From contig OZ223209.1 of NCBI GenBank assembly GCA_965140415.1, positions 768,001 through 832,000 of the forward strand: a DNA stretch of 64,000 nt. The letters run 5' to 3'. Position numbers and translations under genes: made by a program. The stretch comes from Myxococcota bacterium (lineage in GTDB: Bacteria > Myxococcota_A > SURF-8). Below the pieces are notes generated by a model, which searched no databases, was not told where the DNA came from, and saw only the letters and a program-made list of their open reading frames with translations. Positions 40,356 to 50,701 of this stretch are shown here, piece by piece (position 1 is the first letter of the stretch; each line of letters begins with the position of its first letter).

Positions 40356-41405
40356 TTATAAATAACGCTTCTCGAACTCCGTGCGGATGTAGCTGCTTTC
40401 GCGTAGCAGTTCCAAGGTGATCAAGGCATGATTTTTGGTATAGCCGTTACCGATGATCATGTTGATGTCCTTGCCGACGCCTTCCGCACCCAGCGCCGCT
40501 TTGGTGAAGCTGGTGGCCATCGAGAAAAAGTAGACCGTGCCGCCTTCCTTGCAGGGCAGGATCGATCCCATTTCGCAGTCGGGCATGTTCACGCAGTTGA
40601 TGACCACATCCACGCCTTCGCCATTCGTAACGGCTTCCACCTTTTCCAGCAGATCCACCGCTTCTACAGCGCTGCCGGTCACGATTTTGTCCACGAACGG
40701 GGCGTTTCGCAAAACTTCGATGTTTTTGGCGCTGTGCTTGACGCCGATGACTTTGCCGGTCACACCCGCCCGGCGTTTTGCCTCGTAGCAGCACAACAAG
40801 CCGCTTTTACCCGCCGCACCGATAATCAGTACGTTGTCGCCCGGCTTCACCAAGCGGGCGGTCTGTGCGGGAGCACCGGCTACGTCTAGAACGGCCAGCG
40901 CCAGCTTTTCCGGAATATCTTCGGGAAGTTTGGCGTAAATGCCGCTTTCGAACAGAATGGCCTGCCCGACGATGTCCACCTGGTCCATGCCCTGGCGGAT
41001 TTCCTTGATCTCATCGATGCGCAACGGCGTCAATGACAAGGAGACCAAGCTGGCGATTTTATCGCCCGGCTTCAGATCGATTTTATCTTTGAGCGCATCG
41101 CCAACCTGTTTGACTGTACCGATAAACATGCCGCCGCTTCCGGTCACCGGATTTTTATGTTTGCCGAATTGAGCGACGATACCCAGCATGATTTCGCGGA
41201 TTTTGGCGTCGTCCCCTTCTGCCTGCTGCTTGATCTGCGTGAAACTGGCGGAATCGACGTTCAACGTGTGGACGTCGATCAGGATTTCGTTGTCATACAG
41301 AACAGTTAGATCATTGTTGATTTTCAAAGCCGGTTGGGGCAGAACGCCCTTCGGTTCGATGACACGATGCGTTCCGTAACGATTTCCTTTGGGTTGTGCG
41401 CTCAT
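40356..41405 (-). CDS. kdd: L-erythro-3,5-diaminohexanoate dehydrogenase
   Basis: [61 protein letters not shown]. Confidence 0.95.
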   Translation of the reverse strand: MSAQPKGNRYGTHRVIEPKGVLPQPALKINNDLTVLYDNEILIDVHTLNVDSASFTQIKQQAEGDDAKIREIMLGIVAQFGKHKNPVTGSGGMFIGTVKQVGDALKDKIDLKPGDKIASLVSLSLTPLRIDEIKEIRQGMDQVDIVGQAILFESGIYAKLPEDIPEKLALAVLDVAGAPAQTARLVKPGDNVLIIGAAGKSGLLCCYEAKRRAGVTGKVIGVKHSAKNIEVLRNAPFVDKIVTGSAVEAVDLLEKVEAVTNGEGVDVVINCVNMPDCEMGSILPCKEGGTVYFFSMATSFTKAALGAEGVGKDINMIIGNGYTKNHALITLELLRESSYIRTEFEKRYL

Positions 41406-41807
41406 CACCTCTCTCCTTTTTTTCAGCAGACTAACATGTTCAGCTTCGAGGTTCAACCATCGATTCGGCGGGGGGAGTTACGCAAGCAAATTGCAGGTTT
41501 TCCCGCCACCCCAAGCGGTATACTCTTTACAGGCGAATGCCTGCCTGTCAAGCAAAGTTTTCGATATCTTTTCGGGGGATTACGCGGCTAAAACAAGCGC
41601 GTGAAAAGATGGCTGCATTGACGATGAAGGCAAGGCGTTAGAATCCGGCTTGTTGCTCGTGCTTTCCTTAAGCGAGTTTCTTGCGTAGATGGCAAAAATG
41701 CAGTATTAATCATGAGATCTAATCATGTGCGGGATTGCAGACTGTCTTTAAACCGCAAGCTGCGAAAGCCGCTGAATGTACAGCTTCTTTTTGGGGAAAT
41801 CGAAATT

Positions 41808-42677
41808 ATGAAGGTACTGGTGCTTGGCGCAAGCGGCATGCTTGGCCATCGACTCTACCAGCGTTTGATGGAAACGCCGCAACTGCAAGGCTACGGCAGC
41901 CTGCGGACGTCGCCGGAAACGATTCCATTTCGGGAACCGTTCGACCGATCCGGTCTGCATTTTCCGGTGGATGCCGAACAGCCGGAAAGCGTCCGTTCGC
42001 TACTTCAGCTTCTGCGCCCGGATGTGGTTGTCAATGCCATCGGTGTGGTTAAAAGCTTGAATCAAGCCAATCCTGCTCGAATGATTGCCATTAACGCACT
42101 TTTCCCGCATCAGCTTCATGCGTATTGCCAGGACATTGACGCGCGGCTGATCCACATCAGCACCGATTGCGTTTTTTCCGGCGAGAAGGGCATGTACAGC
42201 GAGCAGGATCGCTGCGACGCCTACGATGTCTATGGATTGTCCAAGCATCTAGGCGAAGTGACAGGAGAAAACTCCCTGACCTTGCGGACTTCGATGATCG
42301 GTTCCGAGTTGGGCCGGGCACATGGATTGTTGGAGTGGTTTCTCGGGCAACGCGGAGAACGCATCGACGGCTATACGAAAGCCGTTTTCAGCGGTTTCAC
42401 AACCCAGCGTTTGGCGGAGATTATTCTATGGGTTGTCACAGAGCACCCGAAACTTTCCGGCCTCTATCACGTTTCCGCTCCGCCGATCGATAAATACGAC
42501 CTGCTCACGCGCATTCGCGATGCACTATCTCTGGATATCGATATCAAACCAAGCGAAAAGCTGGTAATCGACCGCAGCCTGGACTGTCAGGCTTTTACTG
42601 CACAAACGGGCTTTCAACAACCGAATTGGGATGACATGATCGCGGAGCTTGCCGCCGATCTTAAGCCGACCCTGTAA
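41808..42677 (+). CDS. RmlD-like NDP-4-keto-6-deoxysugar reductase (QnlA/WbvR-like)
   Basis: GASGMLG, INALFPHQL, ISTDCVFSG, YGLSK. Confidence 0.85.
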   Translation: MKVLVLGASGMLGHRLYQRLMETPQLQGYGSLRTSPETIPFREPFDRSGLHFPVDAEQPESVRSLLQLLRPDVVVNAIGVVKSLNQANPARMIAINALFPHQLHAYCQDIDARLIHISTDCVFSGEKGMYSEQDRCDAYDVYGLSKHLGEVTGENSLTLRTSMIGSELGRAHGLLEWFLGQRGERIDGYTKAVFSGFTTQRLAEIILWVVTEHPKLSGLYHVSAPPIDKYDLLTRIRDALSLDIDIKPSEKLVIDRSLDCQAFTAQTGFQQPNWDDMIAELAADLKPTL

Positions 42678-42688
42678 GGAGAATCTAT

Positions 42689-43714
42689 ATGCTCAAAGAT
42701 AAAACCGTTCTGATCACCGGTGGGGCCGGGTCTCTGGGAAAGGCGCTGGTTCGTCGCATCCTGCAAGGCGATCTATCCATGCCCAAGAAGATCATCATTT
42801 TCTCGCGAGACGAAGCGAAGCATCACAACATGAAGGTGCAATGGAAACAATTGTCGGTTGCGACCGATGAAGTGTTCTACGGCAATTTCCAGGAGATGCT
42901 CGATTTTCGGATCGGCGACATTCGCGACTATGACAGCGTGGTACGCAGCATCCGCGAGGCGGACGTCATTCTGAATGCCGCAGCGTTGAAACAGGTGCCC
43001 GTCTGCGAATATTTCCCTTATGAAGGCGTGCGTACCAACATCCTCGGTGCACAGAATATCGTGCGCGCCATCCGAGAAAACGCGCAGAATGTGGAACTGG
43101 TGGTGGATATCAGCACAGACAAAGCCTGTAAGCCCATCAATACCTACGGCATGACCAAAGCGATTCAGGAGCGCATTTTCCTGGAAGGTAATCACAGTTG
43201 TGAAAACACGCGCTTTGTGTGCGTACGCTATGGAAACGTCATGGCCAGCACCGGCAGCGTGATTCCGCTGTTCCAAAGCCAGATTCGCGGCGGTGGACCG
43301 GTCACGATCACCACCGAGGATATGACGCGCTTCATGATGAGTTTGGATACGGCGGTGGATACCATCTTCGAAGTGATGCGCTCCGGTAAGCCGGGCGACA
43401 CTTACATTCCCCAGGTGCCCAGTGCCAAGATGACCGATTTGGCGGCGGTCATGATCGGAGATCGCGACATCAAAACGGATATCATCGGTATTCGCCCTGG
43501 CGAGAAGGTGCATGAAATTTTAATTTCGGAAGAGGAAATTCACCGCACGACCGAACGAAACGGCTATTACGTAATCGAGTCGATTCTGCCGGAACTGCGC
43601 AAAGGTGAGTCCGAGCGCACCAAACTGGCCGCTGAACTGTCTTCGAAGGATTTCGTGGTCGAGCGCGGAGAGTTGGCCGAGTTGATGAAGCGGGAAGGGC
43701 ATCTCGACTTTTAA
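42689..43714 (+). CDS. UDP-GlcNAc 4,6-dehydratase/epimerase (FnlA/WbjB/CapE-like)
   Basis: TGGAGSLG, SRDEAK, AAALKQVP.CE, STDKA..P.N.YG.TK, RYGNV..S.GSVIP, GIRPGEK. Confidence 0.9.
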   Translation: MLKDKTVLITGGAGSLGKALVRRILQGDLSMPKKIIIFSRDEAKHHNMKVQWKQLSVATDEVFYGNFQEMLDFRIGDIRDYDSVVRSIREADVILNAAALKQVPVCEYFPYEGVRTNILGAQNIVRAIRENAQNVELVVDISTDKACKPINTYGMTKAIQERIFLEGNHSCENTRFVCVRYGNVMASTGSVIPLFQSQIRGGGPVTITTEDMTRFMMSLDTAVDTIFEVMRSGKPGDTYIPQVPSAKMTDLAAVMIGDRDIKTDIIGIRPGEKVHEILISEEEIHRTTERNGYYVIESILPELRKGESERTKLAAELSSKDFVVERGELAELMKREGHLDF

Positions 43715-43752
43715 GCCGTCGCCGTATGACCCCAATGCAATGGAGTGCGTCT

Positions 43753-44847
43753 ATGAAAGTAATGACGATTCTGGGCACACGCCCTGAAATTATCCGGTTG
43801 AGCCTGATCATTGCCAAGCTGGATCGATATTGCGAGCACCTGCTCGTTCACACCGGGCAGAATTTCGATTACCGCTTGAACGAGCTGTTCTTCCAGCAAC
43901 TCGGTGTGCGCGAGCCGGATATCTATATGGGAATCAAGGCGGATTCCTTCGGCGAGCAGATCGGTGGCATTCTGGCCGCCAGCGAAAAAATCATGCGCGA
44001 GCATCGTCCCGACAGGTTGTTGATTCTGGGTGACACCAATAGCGGATTGACTGCCATGATCGCCAAGCGGCTCGGCATTCCGGTTTACCATATGGAAGCG
44101 GGAAATCGCTGCAACGACAACCGGGTGCCGGAGGAAGTCAACCGGCGCATCATCGATCACAGTTCCGACATTTTGATGCCCTACACTCAGAACAGCAAAA
44201 CCAACCTGTTGCAGGAAGGTTTCCCGCCGCATCGGATTTACGTGAGCGGCAACCCGATTTACGAAGTGATCCGACATTATGAGGATCAGATTCAGGCCTC
44301 GACCGTACTTGACGAGTTGGGTTTAACCAGCAACAAGTATTTCCTGGTTACCATGCATCGCGCCGAGAATGTGGACAAGCAAGATCGCCTGCTGGCGTTT
44401 TTGGAAGCCTTTGACCGCTTGCAAAAAGACACCGGCATGCCCTTTGTCATCAGTACGCATCCGCGTACCCGTTCAAGTATGAAAGGCTTCGGTGTAGCCG
44501 CTCGGAATCCGGAATTACGCTTCTTGGAGCCGTTCGGATTTTTCGATTTCGTGTCCTTGGAAAAGAACGCTCACTGCGTGTTGTCCGACAGCGGCACGGT
44601 GCAGGAGGAATGCTCAATCTTCAATGTGCCTTCCGTTACCATTCGCGACGTCACGGAGCGCCCCGAAACACTGGAAGTCGGCAGCAACGTGCTTTCCGGC
44701 GCGGAGCCGGATCGTATTGTGGATCTGGTGCGCATGGTGCTTGAAGAAGGCGCCGAGTGGAGCGCCCCTGCCGAATACATGCAGACCGATGTCAGTAAAG
44801 CCGTTGTCAAACTGGTTTTGGGATACCGCTTGAAGCAGCAGGTATAG
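43753..44847 (+). CDS. Non-hydrolysing UDP-HexNAc 2-epimerase (FnlC/WbjD/QnlB-like)
   Basis: GTRPEIIRLS, HTGQN, LGDTNS, HMEAGNRC, PEEVNR, SDSGTVQEE. Confidence 0.9.
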   Translation: MKVMTILGTRPEIIRLSLIIAKLDRYCEHLLVHTGQNFDYRLNELFFQQLGVREPDIYMGIKADSFGEQIGGILAASEKIMREHRPDRLLILGDTNSGLTAMIAKRLGIPVYHMEAGNRCNDNRVPEEVNRRIIDHSSDILMPYTQNSKTNLLQEGFPPHRIYVSGNPIYEVIRHYEDQIQASTVLDELGLTSNKYFLVTMHRAENVDKQDRLLAFLEAFDRLQKDTGMPFVISTHPRTRSSMKGFGVAARNPELRFLEPFGFFDFVSLEKNAHCVLSDSGTVQEECSIFNVPSVTIRDVTERPETLEVGSNVLSGAEPDRIVDLVRMVLEEGAEWSAPAEYMQTDVSKAVVKLVLGYRLKQQV

Positions 44848-45031
44848 AGCGGTTCTTAATCATTTTCAGCCACGAATCTGAAGAATGTGTGCCGTTGGCT
44901 TACGCGATCGAAGATCGTGGAAGGCTGTGTGTTTTCAATAAGTTAGACACGACATCCCGGAATCTCCATTCCGTGAGACCATGCCACATCGTGATTACTC
45001 GATGGTCAGAAATGAGTAATACCTACTCTAG
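44845..45031. repeat. ~190-bp dispersed MITE-like element, copy 2 (inverted relative to copy 1)
   Basis: Ends TAGAGCGGTTCTTAATCATTTTC / GAAATGAGTAATACCTACTCTAG form an imperfect inverted repeat; homologous to 10916-11105. Confidence 0.75.
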
Positions 45032-45075
45032 CGCTGTTTCCGTTCAGCAAAAGCGCTTGATTACGACTCCGCTTT

Positions 45076-45241
45076 AGGCTGCCTCTAAAAATAGCTATTC
45101 GTCGCGAGAACGCATCCTTTGCGAGACCGGGCGTTTTTCGCAATCCGCAGGCATATCCTGTAGATACGTCGAGGATTGAGAGAAACGATCCGGGCCGAAA
45201 AGTGGCGTTCGTAGCAGAATATGGATTTTTAGAGGTAGCCT
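45076..45241. repeat. 166-bp palindromic element (RPE/MITE-like)
   Basis: Terminal IR AGGCTGCCTCTAAAAAT / ATTTTTAGAGGTAGCCT (16/17); central CAATCC..GGATTG stem. Confidence 0.8.
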
Positions 45242-46461
45242 TTAATCAAATCTCCCGGTTGTAGCCCCAGCAGTTTCTCGAAGCGACTGCGGAAGACATC
45301 CTCGTTGATTTCTTCCTCCAGAGCTTGCTTGCCACCTTTAATTGCGTTTGTACGCATCTGCGGGTCAGCAGCCAGCGGTGTCAGATCTTCGATAATTTTT
45401 TCCGGTTCCAACGAGTGGCAACGCACGCCGATGGGGAAACGTTTGAAAAAGCGTGTAGGAGAGGAATCTTCCGGACCGTGGAAAATTACCGGTTGCCGTG
45501 CCGCCAGATACGTCGCCAGCTTATTCGGGAAACAGTAGCGCACCGATTCCACGAATTCCTTTTCGAACCAGTAAGGAAGATAGCAGGCATCGCAGTCGTT
45601 CAATTCGTGCAGCACCTTGGGGAAGGGGTGGAATCCGATATATTCCATGTTCACTTCCCGCTGGGTATGCCACCGGAGATTCGCGCTGGCGATGCGAATG
45701 ACCACCTTGCGCCCGGCCAGCGTCCAGTTGCAGCGGTGCATGGCTTCCATCAACGCCGCCCAGGTGTTGTCTGCATAGATGCTGCCTGCAAAGCCGATGC
45801 GAAACACCGTGGGGTCTGTTGATGTTTCACGAGGTTGCAACCATTGATCGCGGTGTGGGCCGTGAATCTGTACGAAAGGCGTGATGCCGTATTTTTCGCG
45901 GTAGCTGTCTGCCATGTTTTCGGAGGCGACGCCATGCCGAATGGCCATACGCATGTTTTTGTCGAATTCACTTAACAGGTTTTGCAGGGTCACTTTGGCC
46001 TGACTCTGCCAGACGCCGAAGGTTTCCGGCGGATCCCAGACCGTGACCACCATGGGAATGTTCAAAAGCTTCGCAACGCGATAGGCAGTGTAGATTACCA
46101 GGGGGCTGTCCAATACCGCCCATAACAGGTTAACGCCGTGTTTTTTACCGAAAGCCGCTCCCTTGTGAGCCAAGTAAGGCGCATACACTTCACGCTGGGA
46201 AGTGTGCAAGGAATAGGAGGTCGCTGCGGATACCGTCGGTCCGAAGCGCAGAACGCTGTTCACGCGCATGCGTGGCTGTTTCAGAAGCGGAAAACCCATC
46301 CACTCATCGGGACTGTCTTTGGCCGCCGCCCATTCCGCCGGAAAGACATAGCGGGCAAGATGTCCGGGCGGCAGGTACTGGCAGAGTTCCTTTAAAAACA
46401 GTTCACCGACGCAATAGTTCCAGAAGGAGCCTCCCATCAACAGGATACGTGGAATTTCCAT
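45229..46461 (-). CDS. Glycosyltransferase (GT-B, family 4-like)
   Basis: IGFAGSIY, CYLPYWF..FPNKLATYLAARQPVIFHGP. Confidence 0.75.
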   Translation of the reverse strand: MEIPRILLMGGSFWNYCVGELFLKELCQYLPPGHLARYVFPAEWAAAKDSPDEWMGFPLLKQPRMRVNSVLRFGPTVSAATSYSLHTSQREVYAPYLAHKGAAFGKKHGVNLLWAVLDSPLVIYTAYRVAKLLNIPMVVTVWDPPETFGVWQSQAKVTLQNLLSEFDKNMRMAIRHGVASENMADSYREKYGITPFVQIHGPHRDQWLQPRETSTDPTVFRIGFAGSIYADNTWAALMEAMHRCNWTLAGRKVVIRIASANLRWHTQREVNMEYIGFHPFPKVLHELNDCDACYLPYWFEKEFVESVRYCFPNKLATYLAARQPVIFHGPEDSSPTRFFKRFPIGVRCHSLEPEKIIEDLTPLAADPQMRTNAIKGGKQALEEEINEDVFRSRFEKLLGLQPGDLIKGYL

Positions 46462-46599
46462 AAAACCGTCTTTCGCTACAGGTTGACATGGCTGCCGGGA
46501 TTATAGCGGAAACAAGACGGTTTCGCCAGAAAGTGGATCAACGGATCTGGACGTACTCACGATCTCCTGTCGCTTCTGATTCTCGATGGTGTCAATTTG

Positions 46600-48108
46600 C
46601 TAAAACACGGCTCGTGGACTGATGCCGTCGCGTTTCATCATCAACTCGGCGGAGATGCGCCCCGATTCAATGATGGTCGGCATGCCGCTGCCGGGATGGG
46701 TGCCGCCACCGACCAGGAAGCAGTTGTCGAATTCCTCGAAGCGGTTGTGAGGTCGCCAGATCAGCATCTGCCCGATATTATGCGCCAGGTTGAAGGTCGC
46801 GCCGTTATATACCAGTTTCTGCGCCTGCCAGTCATCGGGAGTGATCATCTGCTCGGCTTCGATATGATCGCGCAAATCTTCCAGTCCACCGCGCGTGGTG
46901 GCGATATCCAGCACTTTTTCCCGGAACGCCCCGGCTTCCTTGCTCCAGTCGATCGAACCGGTGGTATTGGCGACAGGCACCAGGATGTAGATCGTGCTTT
47001 TGCCTTCCGGCGCCAGGGTGGGATCGGTGATGCTGGCGTTCTGGATGTAAATCGAGGGCTCCTCCGACAGCGTTTTCAACACCGCGATTTCATCGACGTT
47101 CTTTTTGTAGTCGTTGCTGAAAAGAATGTTGTGGTGCGGAATGTCGTAGACTTTGTCCACACCCAGATAGAGCATGAAGGTCGAGCAGGAATACTTTTTC
47201 TTTTCCAAGGTTTCAGGCGTCCACTTGTTCAGGTGTTTGCGGTCGACCAGGTGCGTCATGGCGTGGGCGAAATCGGCGTTTAGAACCACATCGTCCGCCA
47301 GCACGGTTTCACCGTTTTCCAGCAGCACTCCGGTGGCACGTCCGTTTTCCACCAGCACCTCTTTTACCCCCGTATCCAGGTGGATCTTGCCGCCGTATTC
47401 CTCTACGACTTTCGCCATGGCTTTGGGAATCTGATTGAGTCCGCCGATCGGATGGTAGATGCCCAGACCGTGCTCCAGATACGAAATGATGCTAAAGGTC
47501 GCCGGGCATTCCCAGGGCGACATGCCCAGGTATTTGGCCTGGAAGGTGAACGCGATTTTCAGATCGTCGCTATTGAAATAGCGACCCAGGTAGCGGTACA
47601 GATTCGTGTGAACGTCCAGATAATTGGCTGCCTTGGCAATGCGTCCGCTTAGCAGGTCCGTGTACTTTTCATATGGAACCTGCAAACAGGGCACCAGACG
47701 TTCGTATTTGATTTTCTCGTGTTCGAAAAACTTGCGGTAACCGGCTTGGTTGCCGGGAAAGAGGCGCTCGATCTGCGCTTCGGTGCCTTGCCTGTCCTTG
47801 CGAGACGGGAAGAACTCGCGACCATCGCTGTATTGCAGGCGATAGAGCGGATCGATTTCCTTCATGGTCAGATAATCGGCCACATCCCGATCCGACAGCA
47901 TGAACATTTCATCGACGATATGCTTCATCATCAGAAATGTCGGTCCCAGATCGAAGGTAAACTCGCCCAGATGTACCGAGGAGTTGCGCCCGCCAAGATA
48001 CGGTTGCTTTTCATATACGGTTACATCGTATCCATGACTGGCCAGAATCATTGCAGCGGTCAAGCCGCCGGGACCGGTTCCGATGACAATCGTTTTCTTT
48101 GCGCTCAC
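46600..48108 (-). CDS. Phytoene desaturase family protein, CrtN-like
   Basis: GTGPGGL, FDLGPTF, FTFQAKYLGMSPW, GGGTHPGSGMPTI.ESG. Confidence 0.85.
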   Translation of the reverse strand: MSAKKTIVIGTGPGGLTAAMILASHGYDVTVYEKQPYLGGRNSSVHLGEFTFDLGPTFLMMKHIVDEMFMLSDRDVADYLTMKEIDPLYRLQYSDGREFFPSRKDRQGTEAQIERLFPGNQAGYRKFFEHEKIKYERLVPCLQVPYEKYTDLLSGRIAKAANYLDVHTNLYRYLGRYFNSDDLKIAFTFQAKYLGMSPWECPATFSIISYLEHGLGIYHPIGGLNQIPKAMAKVVEEYGGKIHLDTGVKEVLVENGRATGVLLENGETVLADDVVLNADFAHAMTHLVDRKHLNKWTPETLEKKKYSCSTFMLYLGVDKVYDIPHHNILFSNDYKKNVDEIAVLKTLSEEPSIYIQNASITDPTLAPEGKSTIYILVPVANTTGSIDWSKEAGAFREKVLDIATTRGGLEDLRDHIEAEQMITPDDWQAQKLVYNGATFNLAHNIGQMLIWRPHNRFEEFDNCFLVGGGTHPGSGMPTIIESGRISAELMMKRDGISPRAVF

Positions 48109-48143
48109 GCTCGCCTCCTTCTTTATATTCCCCAGTGTTCCCG

Positions 48144-49640
48144 TTATTCGTTCATGTCCTTCAGGATTTTGTCTCGCACCATCTGACCGGAGTAGATCAC
48201 CATCGGCATACCGCTGCCGGGATTGACGCTGCCGCCGACGAAATACAGATTCTTGTAGCGCTCGCTGCGTTTGGGAGCACGGAAGCCGTAATTCTTCTTT
48301 TTATCGGCGATGACTCCGTAAATGGAGCCTTTGTTGCTGTAATACATGCGCTCCAGATCGTCGGGAACGAGCATGTCTTCCACTACGATGTGTTTGCGCA
48401 GATCGTGCAGCCCCATGCGCTCCAGTTTCTGATACAGGCGGACTTTAAGCGCCTCGTAGTCTTCCATTGTAAAGCGCGGTTCTTGCAGATGCGGAATGTG
48501 CGGCAGAATCTTGATGATTTCATGCCCTTCCGGCGCGATCGTTTTATCGGTGCGTGTAGGGGCGACCAGATAGATTGTCGGATCGTTGGGAAGTTGATGC
48601 TTGTGATACACGCTGTCCCAGTGCTTCTTCTGATTTTTGGCAAAGAAGAAATTGTGATGCGCCAACTGGGGATATTCTTTATCGACGCCCAGATGAATCA
48701 CCAGCCCGGAGCAGGAAGGCTCGTATTTCTTTTCGTAGCGCTCCATCATGCGGCCCTTTTCCTGCAACAGCTTTTCATAGGCCGGGATCACTTCCATGTT
48801 GCTCACGATGACATCCGCTTCGCGCGTTTCGCCGTCGCTGCACACCACGCTTTCCACGAGCTTGCCGTTTTTCTTGATTTCCAATACTTCGGTATTCAAG
48901 TGGATGTTCACACCCTGATCCTGTAGCAGGCGATTGAAGCCGCGCGCCAGGTTGTACATGCCGCCGGTGACGTACCACAGGCCGTAGCCGAACTGGGAGT
49001 AGGCCATCAGGTTGTAAATGGCGGGGGCGTCGTAGGCGCTGGAGCCGACGTATTTGATGAAGAAATTGAAGATGTCGCGCAGGTGCTGATGTTTGAAGTG
49101 TCGCGCCACACCCTTGGCCATGGTGGCAAAAGGATCGCTGCGTTTGGCAACTTCAAGTAACGAGTAGCCCCGTATCACTTCGCGCATCGTGTCCGCGCCC
49201 CGGTCGAAGTAGGCTTCCTCGCAGAATTTCCAAAGCTTGCGCGAGTAGTCGAGAAACGAGTAGAAACCGTCGCTGGCTTTGGGACCGAACTTGGCCAGTT
49301 CCTGCTCCATCTTTTTCATGTCCGGAGTCAGATCGACGACCATGCCGTCTTCGAACCAGTTGCGCCAGTGGACGTCCAGTTCTTCGATGGCGACGTAGTC
49401 CTCCATGCGCTTTCCGGCCTGGGTAAAAAGGCGCTCGAAAAGGTAGGGAAGAATCAAAATCGACGGTCCCAGATCGAAGCTGTAGCCATCGCGTTGCTTG
49501 AGATTCAGTTTTCCGCCGATCTGCGCGTTTTTCTCGATCAGATCGACCTGAAAACCTTCACTGACCAGTGAAGAGGCCGCCGAGATGCCGCCCAATCCGG
49601 CTCCGATTACAATTGCCCGTTTTCCCGTTGTTGTGCTCAC
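48144..49640 (-). CDS. Phytoene desaturase family protein, CrtP/CrtNb-like oxidase
   Basis: GAGLGG, FDLGPSI, FFIKYVGSS.YDAP, SNMEVIPAY, LYFVGGSVNPG.GMPMV; GTG start after GGAGAGGA. Confidence 0.85.
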   Translation of the reverse strand: MSTTTGKRAIVIGAGLGGISAASSLVSEGFQVDLIEKNAQIGGKLNLKQRDGYSFDLGPSILILPYLFERLFTQAGKRMEDYVAIEELDVHWRNWFEDGMVVDLTPDMKKMEQELAKFGPKASDGFYSFLDYSRKLWKFCEEAYFDRGADTMREVIRGYSLLEVAKRSDPFATMAKGVARHFKHQHLRDIFNFFIKYVGSSAYDAPAIYNLMAYSQFGYGLWYVTGGMYNLARGFNRLLQDQGVNIHLNTEVLEIKKNGKLVESVVCSDGETREADVIVSNMEVIPAYEKLLQEKGRMMERYEKKYEPSCSGLVIHLGVDKEYPQLAHHNFFFAKNQKKHWDSVYHKHQLPNDPTIYLVAPTRTDKTIAPEGHEIIKILPHIPHLQEPRFTMEDYEALKVRLYQKLERMGLHDLRKHIVVEDMLVPDDLERMYYSNKGSIYGVIADKKKNYGFRAPKRSERYKNLYFVGGSVNPGSGMPMVIYSGQMVRDKILKDMNE

Positions 49641-49881
49641 TGTGTCCTCTCCTTTCCACACCATAACGCCGTCCGGTCCGGTATATAAGTGACGGCCTTG
49701 TGGCATTTCGGGGGCTTACAAGTCATGTCCCAATCGTACTGCAACTGAATAACACTATTATTACCGGAACTGGATGGAGGATCAAGGAAGAAAAGAAAAT
49801 ACAAGTCCGGTCTTGCAATAAGAGTAACAATCCCGGTTGTTTATTCCGCTAAAAGGAGTTTGATGGGAGTGGGGGTGGGGA

Positions 49882-50619
49882 TTAACGTACGCAGCGGGCG
49901 TGAACGGTGTTGTTGTTTGCCGTTGCGTAAAAGATCACCGCGCCAACTTCGAATTGAACACCCCATGCGCGAATGTCCTTGAATGCAAGGACGGAGGACC
50001 AATACCAGCTACAGGAACCCTGCAACTCACTCGGCCAGTAGCAGCCGTTGGCTGGTCCCTGGTGTTCCACACAACTTGTACAGCAAAGGTCCTGACAGGT
50101 GCCTACGCAGTCATCTGTCACACCACAGGGTCCGCCTGCCATGGCTCCTGGGCAGCCACGAATCAGCGAGCGCAGTTCGTCGATGGTCGGGAGTCGCCAC
50201 CCCCCACCGTCCAACGTAAGATCCTGACAGTGTAGTTTTGCATCGTTCCATGTGATGGTTCCACTGGTCGGTTGTTGTTGCCACTCAAGACCGGAATCGG
50301 AATCTGTGCAAATCCCATCGGTGCAAGTAAGAGGATTTGCCACGGGGATGTCGTAATCCCCCATATCGGCGATACAGGTATCACCGTCGGGAAACTCATC
50401 TTCGCCGTCTACGGCAGGATTGTCACTCGTATATTCATCATCACCCGATGGTTCCCCATCGACAGTATCGCCGTCCGTAGTATTTCCTTTGGCGGTATCC
50501 CCATCGGTGAAGTCTCCATCGGTAGTGTCGCCATCAAGCGGATCGTTGCTTTCATTGCAAGCGCAAGGGAGAAGCAGGAAAAATGCCACGAGCGTTAAAA
50601 CGAATAGAGTTTTCTGCAA
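49882..50619 (-). CDS. DUF1566 (Lcl C-terminal) domain lipoprotein with DGD repeats
   Basis: D..SGLEWQ, W.DA..C..L...GWRLPTIDELRSL, YWSS, ARCVR; TTG start at 50619 after GGAG. Confidence 0.8.
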   Translation of the reverse strand: MQKTLFVLTLVAFFLLLPCACNESNDPLDGDTTDGDFTDGDTAKGNTTDGDTVDGEPSGDDEYTSDNPAVDGEDEFPDGDTCIADMGDYDIPVANPLTCTDGICTDSDSGLEWQQQPTSGTITWNDAKLHCQDLTLDGGGWRLPTIDELRSLIRGCPGAMAGGPCGVTDDCVGTCQDLCCTSCVEHQGPANGCYWPSELQGSCSWYWSSVLAFKDIRAWGVQFEVGAVIFYATANNNTVHARCVR

Positions 50620-50701
50620 TGTTCTCTCCAACCAGGTAGGTATGCTTACAATGATGTTGCAATACGATTGAACTTCCCCAGAAAAAACCACACCCGAGTA
50701 G

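Noticed and set aside
41406-41807. Lysine or cobalamin riboswitch upstream of kdd
   Set aside because: No recognisable aptamer motifs by eye; a covariance-model search would be needed.
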